From the NCBI GenBank assembly GCA_965242865.1, contig CBDETK010000013.1, positions 3,776,001-3,840,000 on the forward strand: a DNA stretch of 64,000 nucleotides, in the 5' to 3' direction. Every line of letters begins with the position of its first letter. The first letter of the stretch is position 1. Below, one piece after another: positions 27,888 through 39,500 of the stretch. Source of the stretch: Candidatus Latescibacterota bacterium (GTDB lineage Bacteria > Latescibacterota > UBA2968 > UBA8231). The notes below the pieces were generated by a model. That model saw nothing but the letters and a program-made list of their open reading frames with translations, was not told where the DNA came from and ran no database searches. A program made the translations under genes and the position numbers.

Positions 27888-30236
27888 ATGCTGGGAATAG
27901 CTATATCCGCCGTTTTGGTACTGGGCCTAGGTACTGCCTACGCCCAAATCGAAAAGAGCGACCTCTACATCGGGCTGTTGCTCGATTTTGCGGCCGAGAC
28001 CGCCGATGCCGAGCGCGAGTTGGCCCCGCTGCAAGAGGAAATCCACAAGGTGCTAGGGATCAATAAGGCGGTCCACTTCCGCCCTGAGCATTTGCGTTTC
28101 TCCGCCGACCGCGAAGACTATCTGGCCCTAGCCAACGACCCCACGGTCGATCTGATCATCGCGGCCGGGCCGGCTAGCGCTGCGATGCTGGCCGCCCAAG
28201 GCGACCTGCCCAAGCCCACGATCGCCGTGGGGGTGCTAGACGTGGAGTTGCAGCAGATGCCCCTCGTCGCTCCCGGCGTCTCCGGGGTACGCAATTTTAC
28301 GTACGTCCTCAGTACCCACCCCATCCACGAGGACTTGGCGGCACTCTACCGCATCCACCCCTTTTCGCAGTTGGCCGTCATCGTCAGTGAAAATTTGCGC
28401 GGTACGCTGGATTTTGCGGACTTTTTCGACCGCCTCGTAGTGCCGTACGAGAGCCGCGTAGAGGTGGTTTTTTGGGATGCAGAAGCGTCCCTCCCGGTGC
28501 TGAGCGACGCGGTCGATGCGGTCTATCTGGCGATGGTCTTTGAGCGTTCACCCGAAGAGGTCGCCCGGCTGGCGGAGGCCCTGGTCGAGCGCAAGCTGCC
28601 TTCCTTTGCCATGAGCCTGCCTTATGTAGATGCGGGGATGATGGCCTGTATCGGCGACGAGAGTGGCCGAGACCCGATCTTACGCAACCTAGCCCTAATC
28701 GTCGAAGGGGTTGTGCTCGGAGAGGAGCTGGCGGCGATACCTGTGCGGCGCAATCTCGACGAGCAATGGGTGCTAAATGCGACAACGGTCCGACGGATCG
28801 GTCTCGACCCTTCTTTTGCAACGCTGTTTTCTGCCCGCGTACTCAAAGCCGACGAACCCATTACTGACCGGCGCTTGAGCCTACGCACGATCATCGCAGA
28901 GGGCTTGCAGCGCAACCTCGACCTCCGCATCGAAAAACGCAACGTCGATTTGGCCGACCAAAGTGTGCGCCGCGCCCAGTCGTCCCTCTTGCCCACCGTA
29001 GAGGTCTCAACCAACCTGTTGCAGCGGGACCCCGCGGTCGCCGAACGCGCCTTGGGCCAGCAGCCCGAGCGCACGGGCGCGGGTACGGGTACTGTGCGGC
29101 AGGTACTCTTTTCCGAGTCGGCCTTGGCCAACGTCCAAATTCAGCGTTATCTCGCTGAGGCTGCCCGCCATCGAGCCGATCTCGTGGCACTGGACGTGGT
29201 GCTAAACCTAGCGACGGCCTATTTCGATATCCTGCTCGCCAAGACCGGAGTGCATATTGAGGAGGAGAATATCGAAGTTTCGCTCAGCAACTTGAAGATC
29301 GCCCGCACCCGCAATGCCGTTGGCTATGCTGGCGTCGCCGACGTGTTCCGCTGGGAGAGCGAGGTGGCCCGGGCCACCCAAGCCTCGATTGAGGCCTTCA
29401 ACAACCTCTACCTAGCCAAAGTGCAACTCAACCGCTTGCTCCACCGAGCGGATATCGGCGCGGAGTTCGAGGTGGAGGACGCCCGGCTTTCCGACGATCT
29501 CTTTGGTCGTTTCGACCCGACCCGCATCGGCCTTCGGATCGACCGCCCCAGCGACGTAGAGATCCTAACCGACTTCCTCGTGCAAGAGGCCCTTAAAAAC
29601 ATGCCTTCGCTCAAACAGCTAGCGGCCAACGTGAAAGTAGCCAACCGCCGGCAGGCAATGAACCGCCGGCTGTACTACCTGCCCACAGTGTCTTTGCGGG
29701 GGCAGGCTGATTACACGTTCTGGCGCGCCGGCAAGGGGATGCCGCCGCCCGCGCCCGCGCCCATTGACGCCACTTGGAACCTAGCCCTTCAACTCACGTA
29801 TCCGCTCTTTCAGGGCAATCAGCGCAAGATCGCCATCGATCAGGCCGCTATTGAGCAGCAGCAACTCCGCCTCCAAGAGGAGAATTTGCGCCAGCAACTT
29901 TCCCAAGCCGTCCGGGTGCGGATGACGAACTTGGTGTCTAGGCAGACCAACATCCACTTTGCCGAGGTAGCGGCTACCAGTGCTCAAAAGAACTTTGAAC
30001 TGGTGCAGGATGCCTACCAAAAAGGCCAACTCGAAATCGCCCAATTGGTGGATGCCCAACGCGCCGCCCTTTCCACCCGCCAAGCGGAGGCCCGAGCCGT
30101 TTATGAATACTTGGTCAGCTATCTGCGGTTGGAAAACAGCATCGGGGCCTACACCATGTTCATGACTTCAGCCGAGCAGGCGGCCTTTGTCGGGCGCTTG
30201 ACGGCCTTCTTCTCTCAAAGAAAAAATGCACCGTGA
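27888..30236 (+). CDS. TolC family outer-membrane channel with N-terminal substrate-binding-protein-like domain
   Basis: Signal peptide from ATG 27888; periplasmic-binding-like N-half; two OEP repeats (NLDLR..SLLPT; YYLPT..YQKG..LVDAQ). Confidence 0.85.
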   Translation: MLGIAISAVLVLGLGTAYAQIEKSDLYIGLLLDFAAETADAERELAPLQEEIHKVLGINKAVHFRPEHLRFSADREDYLALANDPTVDLIIAAGPASAAMLAAQGDLPKPTIAVGVLDVELQQMPLVAPGVSGVRNFTYVLSTHPIHEDLAALYRIHPFSQLAVIVSENLRGTLDFADFFDRLVVPYESRVEVVFWDAEASLPVLSDAVDAVYLAMVFERSPEEVARLAEALVERKLPSFAMSLPYVDAGMMACIGDESGRDPILRNLALIVEGVVLGEELAAIPVRRNLDEQWVLNATTVRRIGLDPSFATLFSARVLKADEPITDRRLSLRTIIAEGLQRNLDLRIEKRNVDLADQSVRRAQSSLLPTVEVSTNLLQRDPAVAERALGQQPERTGAGTGTVRQVLFSESALANVQIQRYLAEAARHRADLVALDVVLNLATAYFDILLAKTGVHIEEENIEVSLSNLKIARTRNAVGYAGVADVFRWESEVARATQASIEAFNNLYLAKVQLNRLLHRADIGAEFEVEDARLSDDLFGRFDPTRIGLRIDRPSDVEILTDFLVQEALKNMPSLKQLAANVKVANRRQAMNRRLYYLPTVSLRGQADYTFWRAGKGMPPPAPAPIDATWNLALQLTYPLFQGNQRKIAIDQAAIEQQQLRLQEENLRQQLSQAVRVRMTNLVSRQTNIHFAEVAATSAQKNFELVQDAYQKGQLEIAQLVDAQRAALSTRQAEARAVYEYLVSYLRLENSIGAYTMFMTSAEQAAFVGRLTAFFSQRKNAP

Positions 30237-31339
30237 AGCGAGGTATCATGCCAAAGCGAAATTTCAAAGCGATTGGGAGCTATATTTTGGCACTGGCCCT
30301 GTGGGTTGGTTGTGGCGACGAACCGCAGGTTGCCGAGCCGATTCGCCCGGTAAAATACGCCGCAGTCCGTCCTGCCAGCACCGTCCAGAGCCAGCGTTTT
30401 GCCGGGACTGCCAAAGCGGGCATTGAGGTTAAACTCAGCTTTAGAACGGGCGGCCTCATCGACTCGATCGGCGTCAAGGTGGGCGACCCAGTCGAAGCAG
30501 GTCAGCGCATTGCCACGCTCGACAACCGCAACGCCGTCCTCGCCCATCAACAAGCCAAGGCCGTGCTAGAAAACGCCCGCGTGCAAAAGGCCAATGCCCA
30601 GTCTAGGCTCATTCGCGTGCGGCAGCTCTACCAAGCCGACAATGTGGCCCTCGCCGAGTACGAACAGGCCAAAAACGGCTTTGCCTCGGCCACGTCTAGT
30701 TACGAATCAGCCCAGAAGAGTTTGGATTTGCAGGAGTACCAACTAGGGTACAACGAGATATACGCCCCGGTCGCCGGCCTAGTCACCGCGATCCACAACG
30801 AGGTCAACGAAGTGATCCAAGCCGGTGCGCCCTTGGTGGAATTGAGCGCGGGTGAGGACATTGAAATGCGCGTAGGGGTGCCCGAGGGCTATATCGCCCA
30901 AATCCAGACCGGCGAGCCGGTGCGCGTGCGTTTTTCGGCCCTGCCCGGACTCAATTTTGCGGCTCGGGTCCGCGAAATATCCTACGCACTCGATGCCTCC
31001 AGCACGTATCCGGTCATAGTGCGCCTCGACGCCCCTGATCCCGCCATCCGGCCCGGTATGGCTGGCGAGGTGGAGTTTCGCTTTGGCGCCGACGGGCCAT
31101 CGGACCCGCTCGTGGTGCCCGTCAAAGCAGTCGGGGAAGACGCCAACGGCCAATACGTCTTTGTCATAGACGAGGTCGCCGAGGGCTTGGGTACGGTCCA
31201 CCGCCGGCCGATCCGCATCGGCAAACTGTTGGCTGACGGTTTTGTCGTGGAAGACGGACTCGCTGAACGAGAGTGGGTCGCGACCGCGGGCCGCCGCTCG
31301 CTCTTGAGTGGGATGAAGGTGCGCCTTTTGGCAGAGTGA
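30233..31339 (+). CDS. RND efflux periplasmic adaptor (MFP)
   Basis: Lipobox-like WVGC, RPVK, LSFRTGG, VKVGD.V..GQ, APVAG, RPGM, VVPVKAV. Confidence 0.92.
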   Translation: MKRGIMPKRNFKAIGSYILALALWVGCGDEPQVAEPIRPVKYAAVRPASTVQSQRFAGTAKAGIEVKLSFRTGGLIDSIGVKVGDPVEAGQRIATLDNRNAVLAHQQAKAVLENARVQKANAQSRLIRVRQLYQADNVALAEYEQAKNGFASATSSYESAQKSLDLQEYQLGYNEIYAPVAGLVTAIHNEVNEVIQAGAPLVELSAGEDIEMRVGVPEGYIAQIQTGEPVRVRFSALPGLNFAARVREISYALDASSTYPVIVRLDAPDPAIRPGMAGEVEFRFGADGPSDPLVVPVKAVGEDANGQYVFVIDEVAEGLGTVHRRPIRIGKLLADGFVVEDGLAEREWVATAGRRSLLSGMKVRLLAE

Positions 31340-31424
31340 GGTGCTAGCTTTATAAAAAGCCGCCTCCAGAGAACGTCCCGGCAATTTAGGTGGCAACGGG
31401 CCAAGTGAAAAAGGAGATGGACGG

Positions 31425-34202
31425 ATGAAGTGCCTGATTGAAGGTCTCATGGTCTTATTGGCTGTCGTCCCGGCAAGGGCCGAGGGCCAGATCGAGGGTC
31501 GAGTGCGGCTGGATTCCGGGGCCCCGGTCGCTGGGGCGCAGGTGCTGCTGTTTGAACTGGTCAACCTGCGTGCGGCACCAGTGGGAACGACTACCGATCA
31601 GACGGGGTACTTCGCCGTACCTCTGAGGTCCCGGCAAGGTAGAGCATCGGTATCGCCGGAGCGGTTTGACCTAGGGCAGAATTATCCCAATCCGTTCAAC
31701 CCTTCCACCATCATTCCCTACCAACTCTCGGCTGCGACACAGGTGCGGCTCGACGTGTTCAACCTCCTAGGGCAGCGGATTGCGACCCTAGTTGACGAGG
31801 AACGACCAGCCGGTTTTCACACGGCGCGTTGGCATGCCACGGACGCGGCAGAGCGCACGGTGGGCGCAGGAGTCTATTTCTACCGGCTGACCGCCGGCGG
31901 GGAGCATTTGACCCGTCGCATGGTGTTGATCGACGGGCAGGTGGGGGTCCCGGTTGGAACGGCTTCGGGGGGTTCGAGAGTCGGGGTCGCGGAAGCTGTA
32001 CAGGCGTCCCCCGTCTATGGATTGACCGTATCGGGGCCGGGGCTGATGCCCTACGTGGATTCCAGCTTTCGGGTGGAGGCGGTCCGAGGCCCGGTGGATA
32101 TTGAGGTCGAAGTCATAGCCCGCGTTCCGCTGGCCAAGGTGGCGGCGGGTGGGCTGTTGGGCGACGTGGACAACAACGGCCGGGTCGATGTATTCGATGC
32201 GCTGCTTGTCGCCGTATATAGCGTCGATACTGCCACCGTCATGCCGAACAACGGCAAGATATCGCTGGGCGATGTGAACCAAGATGGCCAGACGGACATT
32301 GCCGACGCTTGGCTCATAGCCACCTACACTGTCGATCCGTCCAACCCGGACCTGCCGGTCGGAATTGGGACGCCCGTGACGGTCGGTGACAGCCGCCAGA
32401 CCGTCGAGACGGTCGATTTCAGCTCAATGCCGGCATCCAATTTCTGGAACCTGCCCGAAGGGGCTCTCGCCCGCCTAGGCAAAGGGAGGGTGATGAATAC
32501 AATTTTTTCGGCGAATGGCGCGTGGATGGCGGTGAGTACCTATATCGGCACTTGGCTCTACGATACCTCCACCGGAGCCGAAGTCGCGCTGATTAGATCA
32601 GAGGAAGGGACTACTGTCTCAATAGCTCTGTCGTCGGATGGTTCCACCTTGGCAATGGGTGCTTTTCGGGCGGTCCAAGTATGGGATGCGGCCAGTGGGC
32701 AAATAAAAATCCTCGATGGACATACTGATCAGGTCACCTCGGTAGCCCTCTCTCAGGACGGAGCTACCTTGGCCAGTTCCAGTGAAAGCAGCATGATATT
32801 GTTGTGGGATACAGCCAGTGGCCAACTCAAAACCACCCTCGACGGACATAGGTATAGGGTCGTTTCGCTGGTTTTCTCGCCGGATGGAACCACCTTGGCC
32901 AGTGGCAGCTCGGGTGGTGGGGTCCGGTTATGGGATGCAGCGAGCGGGCAGCCCAAGGCCGCCCTAGAGGGGCCTGGGAGTCACGGGGTCGTTTCGATGG
33001 CCTTCTCGCCGGATGGAGCCACCTTGGCCAGTTCCAATTGGGACGGCACAGTGGGCCTATGGGATATAGCCAGCGGGCAACTAAGCGGGCAACTAAAAAT
33101 CCTCGATGGTTGGTATGTGGCTAGTTCGATGGCCTTCTCGCCGGATGGAGCTACCTTGGCCAATGGCAGCATAGATGGCGAGGTCCAGTTATGGGATGTA
33201 GCCAGCGGACAACTAAAAACCACCCTCAATGGGCATTGGTCTCGGATCAATTCCTTAGCTTTTTCGCCGGATGGCTCCACTCTGGCCATTGCCAGTGAGG
33301 ATGGGACGGCGGGCCTGTGGGATCTGGCGAACGGCCTATTCAAGACCATCCTCGAAGAAGATACTCGTGGAGTCTATTCCTTAGCTTTTTCGCCGGATGG
33401 CTCCACTCTGGGCAGTTCCAATTGGGACGGCACAGTGGGCCTGTGGGATCTGGCGAACGGCCTATTCAAGGTCCTCGGCGAGTATGCGGACGACGACCCT
33501 CCGTTGGCTTTTTCCCCGGACGGGGCCACCTTGGCAAGTGGCTTTTTCGGGATGGTTCGGTTGTGGGATACGGCTAGCGGCCAAGTGCAGGACACTTGGC
33601 CGGGACATACGCGCTTGGTCAGTTCGGTGGTTTTCTCGTCGGATTGCACCATCCTCGCTAGTGGTAGCTGGGACGGCACGATTCGGTTATGGGATGTGGC
33701 TGGCAGCCAGCTTAAAACCATCCTCGAGAATCCGGGTGGTGTGGTCTTTTCCCTAGCGTTCTCCCCAGATGGGTCCATCCTAGCCAGCGGCAGTGATGGC
33801 ACGGTTCAGTTATGGGATGTGGCGAGCAACCAACTCAGGATCACCCTCGAAGGGCATACTTACTGGGTCTATTCCGTGGCGTTCTCTCCGGACGGGTCCA
33901 CGCTAGCCAGTGGCAGTCGGGACGGCACGATTCGATTGTGGGACGCGACCAGCGGCCAACTCAAAAAAATCCTTGGGCATTCAGGTCCGGTCTATTCCGT
34001 GGCGTTCTCTCCGGACGGGTTCACCCTAGCCAGTGGCCGCGGCAGGTCGATTCAGTTCTGGGATGTAGCTAGCGGTCAACTTAAAAAATCCTTGAGGGGG
34101 CATGGTAATGCGGTTAATTCCGTATCGTATGCGCCATCTGGGGCCATCTTGGCCAGTGCCAGTTTCGACGGCACGATACTGGTGTGGGATGCGACCCCCT
34201 AA
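31425..34202 (+). CDS. Secreted WD40-repeat protein with FlgD-Ig/NYPNPFN module and dockerin-like domain
   Basis: Signal peptide; QNYPNPFNPST..VGAGVYFYRL; GDVDNNGRVD..D/GDVNQDGQTD..D; about 14 FSPDG.TLAS...LWD repeats. Confidence 0.9.
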   Translation: MKCLIEGLMVLLAVVPARAEGQIEGRVRLDSGAPVAGAQVLLFELVNLRAAPVGTTTDQTGYFAVPLRSRQGRASVSPERFDLGQNYPNPFNPSTIIPYQLSAATQVRLDVFNLLGQRIATLVDEERPAGFHTARWHATDAAERTVGAGVYFYRLTAGGEHLTRRMVLIDGQVGVPVGTASGGSRVGVAEAVQASPVYGLTVSGPGLMPYVDSSFRVEAVRGPVDIEVEVIARVPLAKVAAGGLLGDVDNNGRVDVFDALLVAVYSVDTATVMPNNGKISLGDVNQDGQTDIADAWLIATYTVDPSNPDLPVGIGTPVTVGDSRQTVETVDFSSMPASNFWNLPEGALARLGKGRVMNTIFSANGAWMAVSTYIGTWLYDTSTGAEVALIRSEEGTTVSIALSSDGSTLAMGAFRAVQVWDAASGQIKILDGHTDQVTSVALSQDGATLASSSESSMILLWDTASGQLKTTLDGHRYRVVSLVFSPDGTTLASGSSGGGVRLWDAASGQPKAALEGPGSHGVVSMAFSPDGATLASSNWDGTVGLWDIASGQLSGQLKILDGWYVASSMAFSPDGATLANGSIDGEVQLWDVASGQLKTTLNGHWSRINSLAFSPDGSTLAIASEDGTAGLWDLANGLFKTILEEDTRGVYSLAFSPDGSTLGSSNWDGTVGLWDLANGLFKVLGEYADDDPPLAFSPDGATLASGFFGMVRLWDTASGQVQDTWPGHTRLVSSVVFSSDCTILASGSWDGTIRLWDVAGSQLKTILENPGGVVFSLAFSPDGSILASGSDGTVQLWDVASNQLRITLEGHTYWVYSVAFSPDGSTLASGSRDGTIRLWDATSGQLKKILGHSGPVYSVAFSPDGFTLASGRGRSIQFWDVASGQLKKSLRGHGNAVNSVSYAPSGAILASASFDGTILVWDATP

Positions 34203-34222
34203 TGAAAGGGAGACCTATTCTG

Positions 34223-36532
34223 ATGATGCAAAAGACTTGGTTGTTTGTCCTGCTCGGCTTGGTGGGGAGCGTCCTGTGGAGTCCGAATGCGGCATCGCCT
34301 GAGCTGCCGGCAGCGAAACCATTCAAAACCTTGGGAAAGGGGAGAGCGACGGCTGCGGCTCTTTCGCTAGACAGAACTCAACTAGCGGTAGGCACCGATG
34401 ACGAAATTTTCCTCTACGATACTCAGACCGGAGCCGAGGTCGCTAGGGTTCCGGCAAGATACATTGGTTCCCTCGTCTATTCGCCAGATGGCTCTATTCT
34501 GGTCAGTAAAAGCGCTTATGCGCTGTATGATGATTATGAAGACGAGTCTAAGGTGAGGTTGCGGGATACATCCAATGGGCAACTGATAGCCGAATTCGAT
34601 GTAGATCAAAGTATACGCCAAATTAATTTCTCCCCAGACGGAACTATCTTGGGGATCCGGTATGGAGGTCGGCAGTTTGACAAGGAGATTGGTCTATGGA
34701 ATATACCGAGCGCACAAAGAAAGCCCGCTCCCGTGCTATCTGGAAGTGCCTTCGCCTTTTCGCCAGACGGCGTAACCTTGGCGGTGGCCGCAGTGGGTTT
34801 ACCTTCGGTCAAAACTTTGTTTCTTTTGTGGGATATGAGCAACTGGGAACTATCCACCTTTGAAGGAGGAAGAGAAAAACCCTATATAATGGCGTTTTCA
34901 CCCGACGGGACCACCTTGGCGGTCGTTACGAATCCTAACCGCCCAGCGGACTCGTATAATACATCGAGTGTTACTCTGTATGATGTAGCAAGCGGTCAAA
35001 TCAAGGATGCCCTGAAATTTCCAGATCACCGCGTCCTGTCGTTAAGCTTTTCCCCGGATGGGCTACGGCTAGCCGGCAAGAGAGAAGGACCGGGAAGCAC
35101 TTTCTGGGTGTGGGATATGGAGAGTGCCGAAGTCAAAAATGTACTCGGATTGGATGATTGGGCATGGTTCCGTCCGGGAGCTCTTTTTTTAAGTGAGAAT
35201 GTTGGGTTTTGGGATGTGGACAATGGTAAAGAAAAAATCATCCACAGAACGGAGCACCAAACCGCGATCACCTTCTCTCATGACGGTTCTATCTTTGCCA
35301 CTGCCGAGTCTACGCGAAACGATGAGAATGGTAGGGGAGCCATGTTTGTGAAGCTGTGGGATACTCACAGTTGGCAGTTGAAGACTACTCTGAGTGTTCC
35401 CATATCATCGCGGATTGATGAATTGGCTTTCTCATACGACGGAACCACCTTGACCGCCAGCCAACCTTTTGTTGGGGCGTGGTTGTGGGATACGGCCACC
35501 GGTGAAATTAAGACCGCACTAACGAAGGATAGCGATGAGTATGGATATTGGGAGCGACAATTCCGGGCTTTGTCTCCTGATGGAGCTTTCGTACTCGTGG
35601 GCGATTCTGAAACAACGACCTTAGAATTGTGGGATATTGATAAAGGAGAGATCAAGGCCACGTTTGAAGGGAATCGTTTTCTTCGGAATCCCGTACTACA
35701 TGACTCTAAGTTGGCTTATGGAAGAGATGGAACAGTCGTGCTGTGGGATTTTCTGAATGGCCAACTCATAGATACCATAGAAAGGAGTAGATTCTACGGT
35801 TATGTTTCCCTGATGTCGTTTTCCCCAAATGGAGAGACCATAGCCTGTTCCTATAATGATAATCGTGTTCTTCTGTGGGATGCGACCCCGGGAGAGCACA
35901 CTCGGCATAAGGCCACCTTTTATGGCCACTCAGACCATACACCGGATAATGTTCCAGTAAGACTCACATCCTTGAAATTTTCGCCGGATGGATTCATCCT
36001 CGCCGCCGGTGGTTATGGTCCCGATTGGAGTGGTAAGATTTGGTTTTGGGATGTGACTGGTGAGGGAACGAGGAAGGATCACATTGCCACTATCGAGACA
36101 TACGGGAGAACAGTTGATGCCCTAGAATTCTCTCCAGATAATGCTACCTTAGCGAGTCTCGGTTCCAGCGGAGTAACATTGCTGTGGGATATGTCGCGGA
36201 GCAACATACCGACAGTCGCGGAAGAAGAGATCGCGGCAACGCCGGGACTGCCGACGCGGACGGTTCTACAGGCGAACTACCCCAACCCCTTCAACAGCAC
36301 CACCCAGCTCCCCTACCGCTTGGCCGCGCCCGGCCCGGTTCGGCTGGTGATCTACAATACTCTCGGGCAGCCGGTGCGCATCCTAGTGGACGAGTTCCAA
36401 GCTGTAGGTAGATACCAAGTCCAGTGGGATGGCCGCGACCAGTATGGCTCGGCGGTGGCAGCAGGAGTCTATGTCGGACGCCTGCATTTTCCCGGTGAGG
36501 TGCAGACCCGGCGGATGCTCTACCTCAAGTGA
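34223..36532 (+). CDS. Secreted WD40-repeat protein with C-terminal FlgD-Ig/sorting-type domain
   Basis: AAAGGGAG RBS (alternative ATG at 34202); signal peptide; divergent FSPDG..LWD repeats; ANYPNPFN..WDGRD..AAGVY..RRMLYLK. Confidence 0.88.
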   Translation: MMQKTWLFVLLGLVGSVLWSPNAASPELPAAKPFKTLGKGRATAAALSLDRTQLAVGTDDEIFLYDTQTGAEVARVPARYIGSLVYSPDGSILVSKSAYALYDDYEDESKVRLRDTSNGQLIAEFDVDQSIRQINFSPDGTILGIRYGGRQFDKEIGLWNIPSAQRKPAPVLSGSAFAFSPDGVTLAVAAVGLPSVKTLFLLWDMSNWELSTFEGGREKPYIMAFSPDGTTLAVVTNPNRPADSYNTSSVTLYDVASGQIKDALKFPDHRVLSLSFSPDGLRLAGKREGPGSTFWVWDMESAEVKNVLGLDDWAWFRPGALFLSENVGFWDVDNGKEKIIHRTEHQTAITFSHDGSIFATAESTRNDENGRGAMFVKLWDTHSWQLKTTLSVPISSRIDELAFSYDGTTLTASQPFVGAWLWDTATGEIKTALTKDSDEYGYWERQFRALSPDGAFVLVGDSETTTLELWDIDKGEIKATFEGNRFLRNPVLHDSKLAYGRDGTVVLWDFLNGQLIDTIERSRFYGYVSLMSFSPNGETIACSYNDNRVLLWDATPGEHTRHKATFYGHSDHTPDNVPVRLTSLKFSPDGFILAAGGYGPDWSGKIWFWDVTGEGTRKDHIATIETYGRTVDALEFSPDNATLASLGSSGVTLLWDMSRSNIPTVAEEEIAATPGLPTRTVLQANYPNPFNSTTQLPYRLAAPGPVRLVIYNTLGQPVRILVDEFQAVGRYQVQWDGRDQYGSAVAAGVYVGRLHFPGEVQTRRMLYLK

Positions 36533-36564
36533 GTACCGAAGAGTTTACCCTCTAGGACTGCTAT

Positions 36565-39500
36565 ATGAACCTCACCCAAATCGTCTTAAAAAACAACCGC
36601 GTCACCATCGTGGCCTTGGTCGTCGTCGTGCTGCTGGGCTTGGCCGGCTATCAGACGATGCCACGCGACAGCATGCCCCCGTACACCGTCCGCGTCGCTT
36701 CAGTGGTGACTAGCTTCCCCGGCGCGGGTCCCGAGCGCGTCGAAGCCCTGATCACCAGCAAGATCGAAGAGGTCGCACAAGAATTGCCCGAACTGAAAAC
36801 CGTCACCAGCGAATCGCGGACCGGGCTGTCGGTCGTTTCGGTCGAGCTCAAACAGGCAGTGCGGCCGGACGAACTCCAAGCAGTATGGGACCGATTGCGC
36901 CGCAAAATCGAGACCATTCGCTCGGATTTGCCCGACGACATCAATGGCCCCGAGGTCAAGGACGATGGGATCGGCGTGGTGTACGGCATTGTGATCGGCC
37001 TAACGGGAGATGGTTTCACCTTTGCCGAACTCAAGACTTACGCCCAAGACCTGCGCGACGACCTGATCAAACTACCCGACGCGGCCTCGGTAAAAATAAG
37101 CGGCATCCAAGCAGAGCGAATCTACCTGCAATTCAACGACGCCCGGCTGGCCGAACTGGGCCTTTCGGCCCAAAAGATCAAGAACAGCATCGCCAGTACC
37201 AACATCGTTTTTTCCGGCGGTGAGGTGAGCTTAGAGGATGAACGCCTCGTGATCGAGCCGACCGGCAGTTACGCCGATCTGGAAGCTCTGGGGAGGACGT
37301 TGATCGAGGTGGGCAAGGGCGGCAGCGTGTCCCTCGGCGATATAACCCGCATCGTGCGAGCTTATGAAACCCCGCAACAGCACCTAGTTAAAATCAACGG
37401 TCAGCCCGGGCTGTCGCTCTCGGTGGCACTCAGCGAAGGGGCCAATATCATCAAGTTGGGCCGGGAGCTGGACCAACTCGTAGCCCTCCATCAAGCGCGC
37501 TTGCCTTTGGGGATAACCTTCAACCGAGTGGCCTCGCAAGATTTTGAGGTCGAGAAATCGGTTGCCAACTTCACCAACAATCTCTTGCAAAGCGTCGCCA
37601 TTGTGCTGTTGTCCATGCTGCTTTTTTTAGGGCTGCGCACCGGCCTAGTGGTGGCGAGCCTCATTCCCATGACCATTATCGCAACCCTTTTCGTCATGGG
37701 CTTGCTCGATATTGGTCTCAACCAAGTGTCGCTGGCCGCGCTGATCATGGCACTGGGCATGTTGGTGGATAATGCCATCGTGGTGTCCGAAGCGATTGTG
37801 GTCAAGATGGAGAAGGGGGCCGACGCCCAAGCGGCCGCCATTGAATCGGCGCGGGAGCTGGCCGTACCGCTCCTAGTCTCTTCGCTGACCACTTCCGCCG
37901 CTTTCTTGTCCTTCTTTTTAGCCGAGTCCATCATGGGCGAGATCGTGGGGCCGCTTTTCAGTGTGATTTCCATCGCCCTGCTCGCTTCTTGGTTGCTCTC
38001 CCTAACCATGGTGGCTTTGCTGGCGGTGTTTTTCATTCGGGTGAAACGGCCGGCCTCTCAAGGGCAAAGCACCGTTATCGAGCGTCTCAACGGCCAATAC
38101 AAAGGGTTGCTCCTCAAGGCCCTTAAGCGCCCCTATTCATTCACGGCGCTCATCGCTGGTTTGTTTGTTTTGTCGCTTTTTGGCTTTGGTTTTTTGCCGT
38201 TCATCTTTTTTCCCGACAGCGAACGCAACCTGTTGACAATAGATCTGAACTTGCCCTTGGGCACCAAAATTGAGACGACGGCCGCTCGGGTAGAACGGCT
38301 CGAATCGCATATTGCGGATAGCCTCTTGGTGAACCCACAACGGCGGCGCGGAGTAACGGACTGGGCGACCTTTGTCGGCGAAGGCCCGCCCTCCTACGAC
38401 CAAGGTTATCAGCCGGGCGAAGCCAATTCCGGGTATGCTCACCTGCTGCTCAATACCAGTTCGGGCGACGACAACCAGTGGGTGATGGACCGCCTAGATG
38501 CCTTTTGCTTCCGCTCCTTTCCAGACGCCGAGATCCGGGTTTCAACGTTGGCCGGAGGCGGGGGCGGAGGAGCGGATGTGGCCGTGCGGATAATAGGGCC
38601 GGACCCCAACGAACTGTTTGCCCTCGCCGAGCGCGTCAAGCAAAAACTCAACGAGCTACCCAGTACGCAGAATATCGGCGACGATTGGGGGCCTAAGATC
38701 AAAAAAGTCGCCGTTGACATCGACCAGTCCAAGACCCAGAATGCCGGCCTAACCAACCAAGATATCGCCCTTTCGCTGCAGGTCGGGCTGGCGGGCTTCA
38801 ATGCGGGTGCTTTCCGCGAGGGCGACCAGAGCATCCCCATTGTCCTGCGCAACGAAAGCAGTCAGAACGTCGATGTGCGCCAACTGGAGAGCATCAACAT
38901 CTACGCCCAAGGATCGGGCAAAAACGTGCCCCTAGGACAAGTGGCGCAGATTGTGCCCCAGTGGCAACTCGCCAAGATCAAACGGCGCGGTCTGTACCGC
39001 ACTTTGACCGTGACCTGCGATGCCAAAAGTGGTTTTACGGCGCGGGATGTCACCGACGCGCTCATCGCGTACCTCGACCAAGACAGCAAGTCTTGGAAGC
39101 AGGGCTATCGCTACGAGTTGGGCGGCGAGTCCGAGCAGAGCGGCGAGTCTATGGGCGCGGTTTTCGCCAAGCTGCCGCTATCCGGCTTTATCATTTTGCT
39201 GCTGTTGATCGTTCAGTTCAACTCCTTCCGCAAGACCTGTATCGTGTTGAGCACGATTCCGCTCGGCCTGATCGGGGTTGTCGCCGGATTGCTCCTCTTC
39301 CGCTCGTCTTTTGGTTTTTTCGCCTTTCTTGGATTGATCTCGTTGGCCGGTATCGTTATCAACAATGCTATCGTGCTCTTAGACCGCATACAGATCGAAC
39401 TGGATCAATCTGGCGAAAAGCCCATAGAAGCGATTGTCGCGGCCGCGCAGCAGCGATTTCGTCCCATCTTGCTAACCACCTGCACGACGACGCTGGGGCT

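Noticed and set aside
32990-34080. Diversity-generating retroelement TR/VR pair among the repeats
   Set aside because: No reverse transcriptase is present, and the differences are not adenine-specific; the same holds for the 65-bp and 43-bp repeats.
31335-36533. AGTGAG target-site duplication around the WD40 insertion
   Set aside because: Only 6 bp and it includes the TGA stop of both genes; likely chance.
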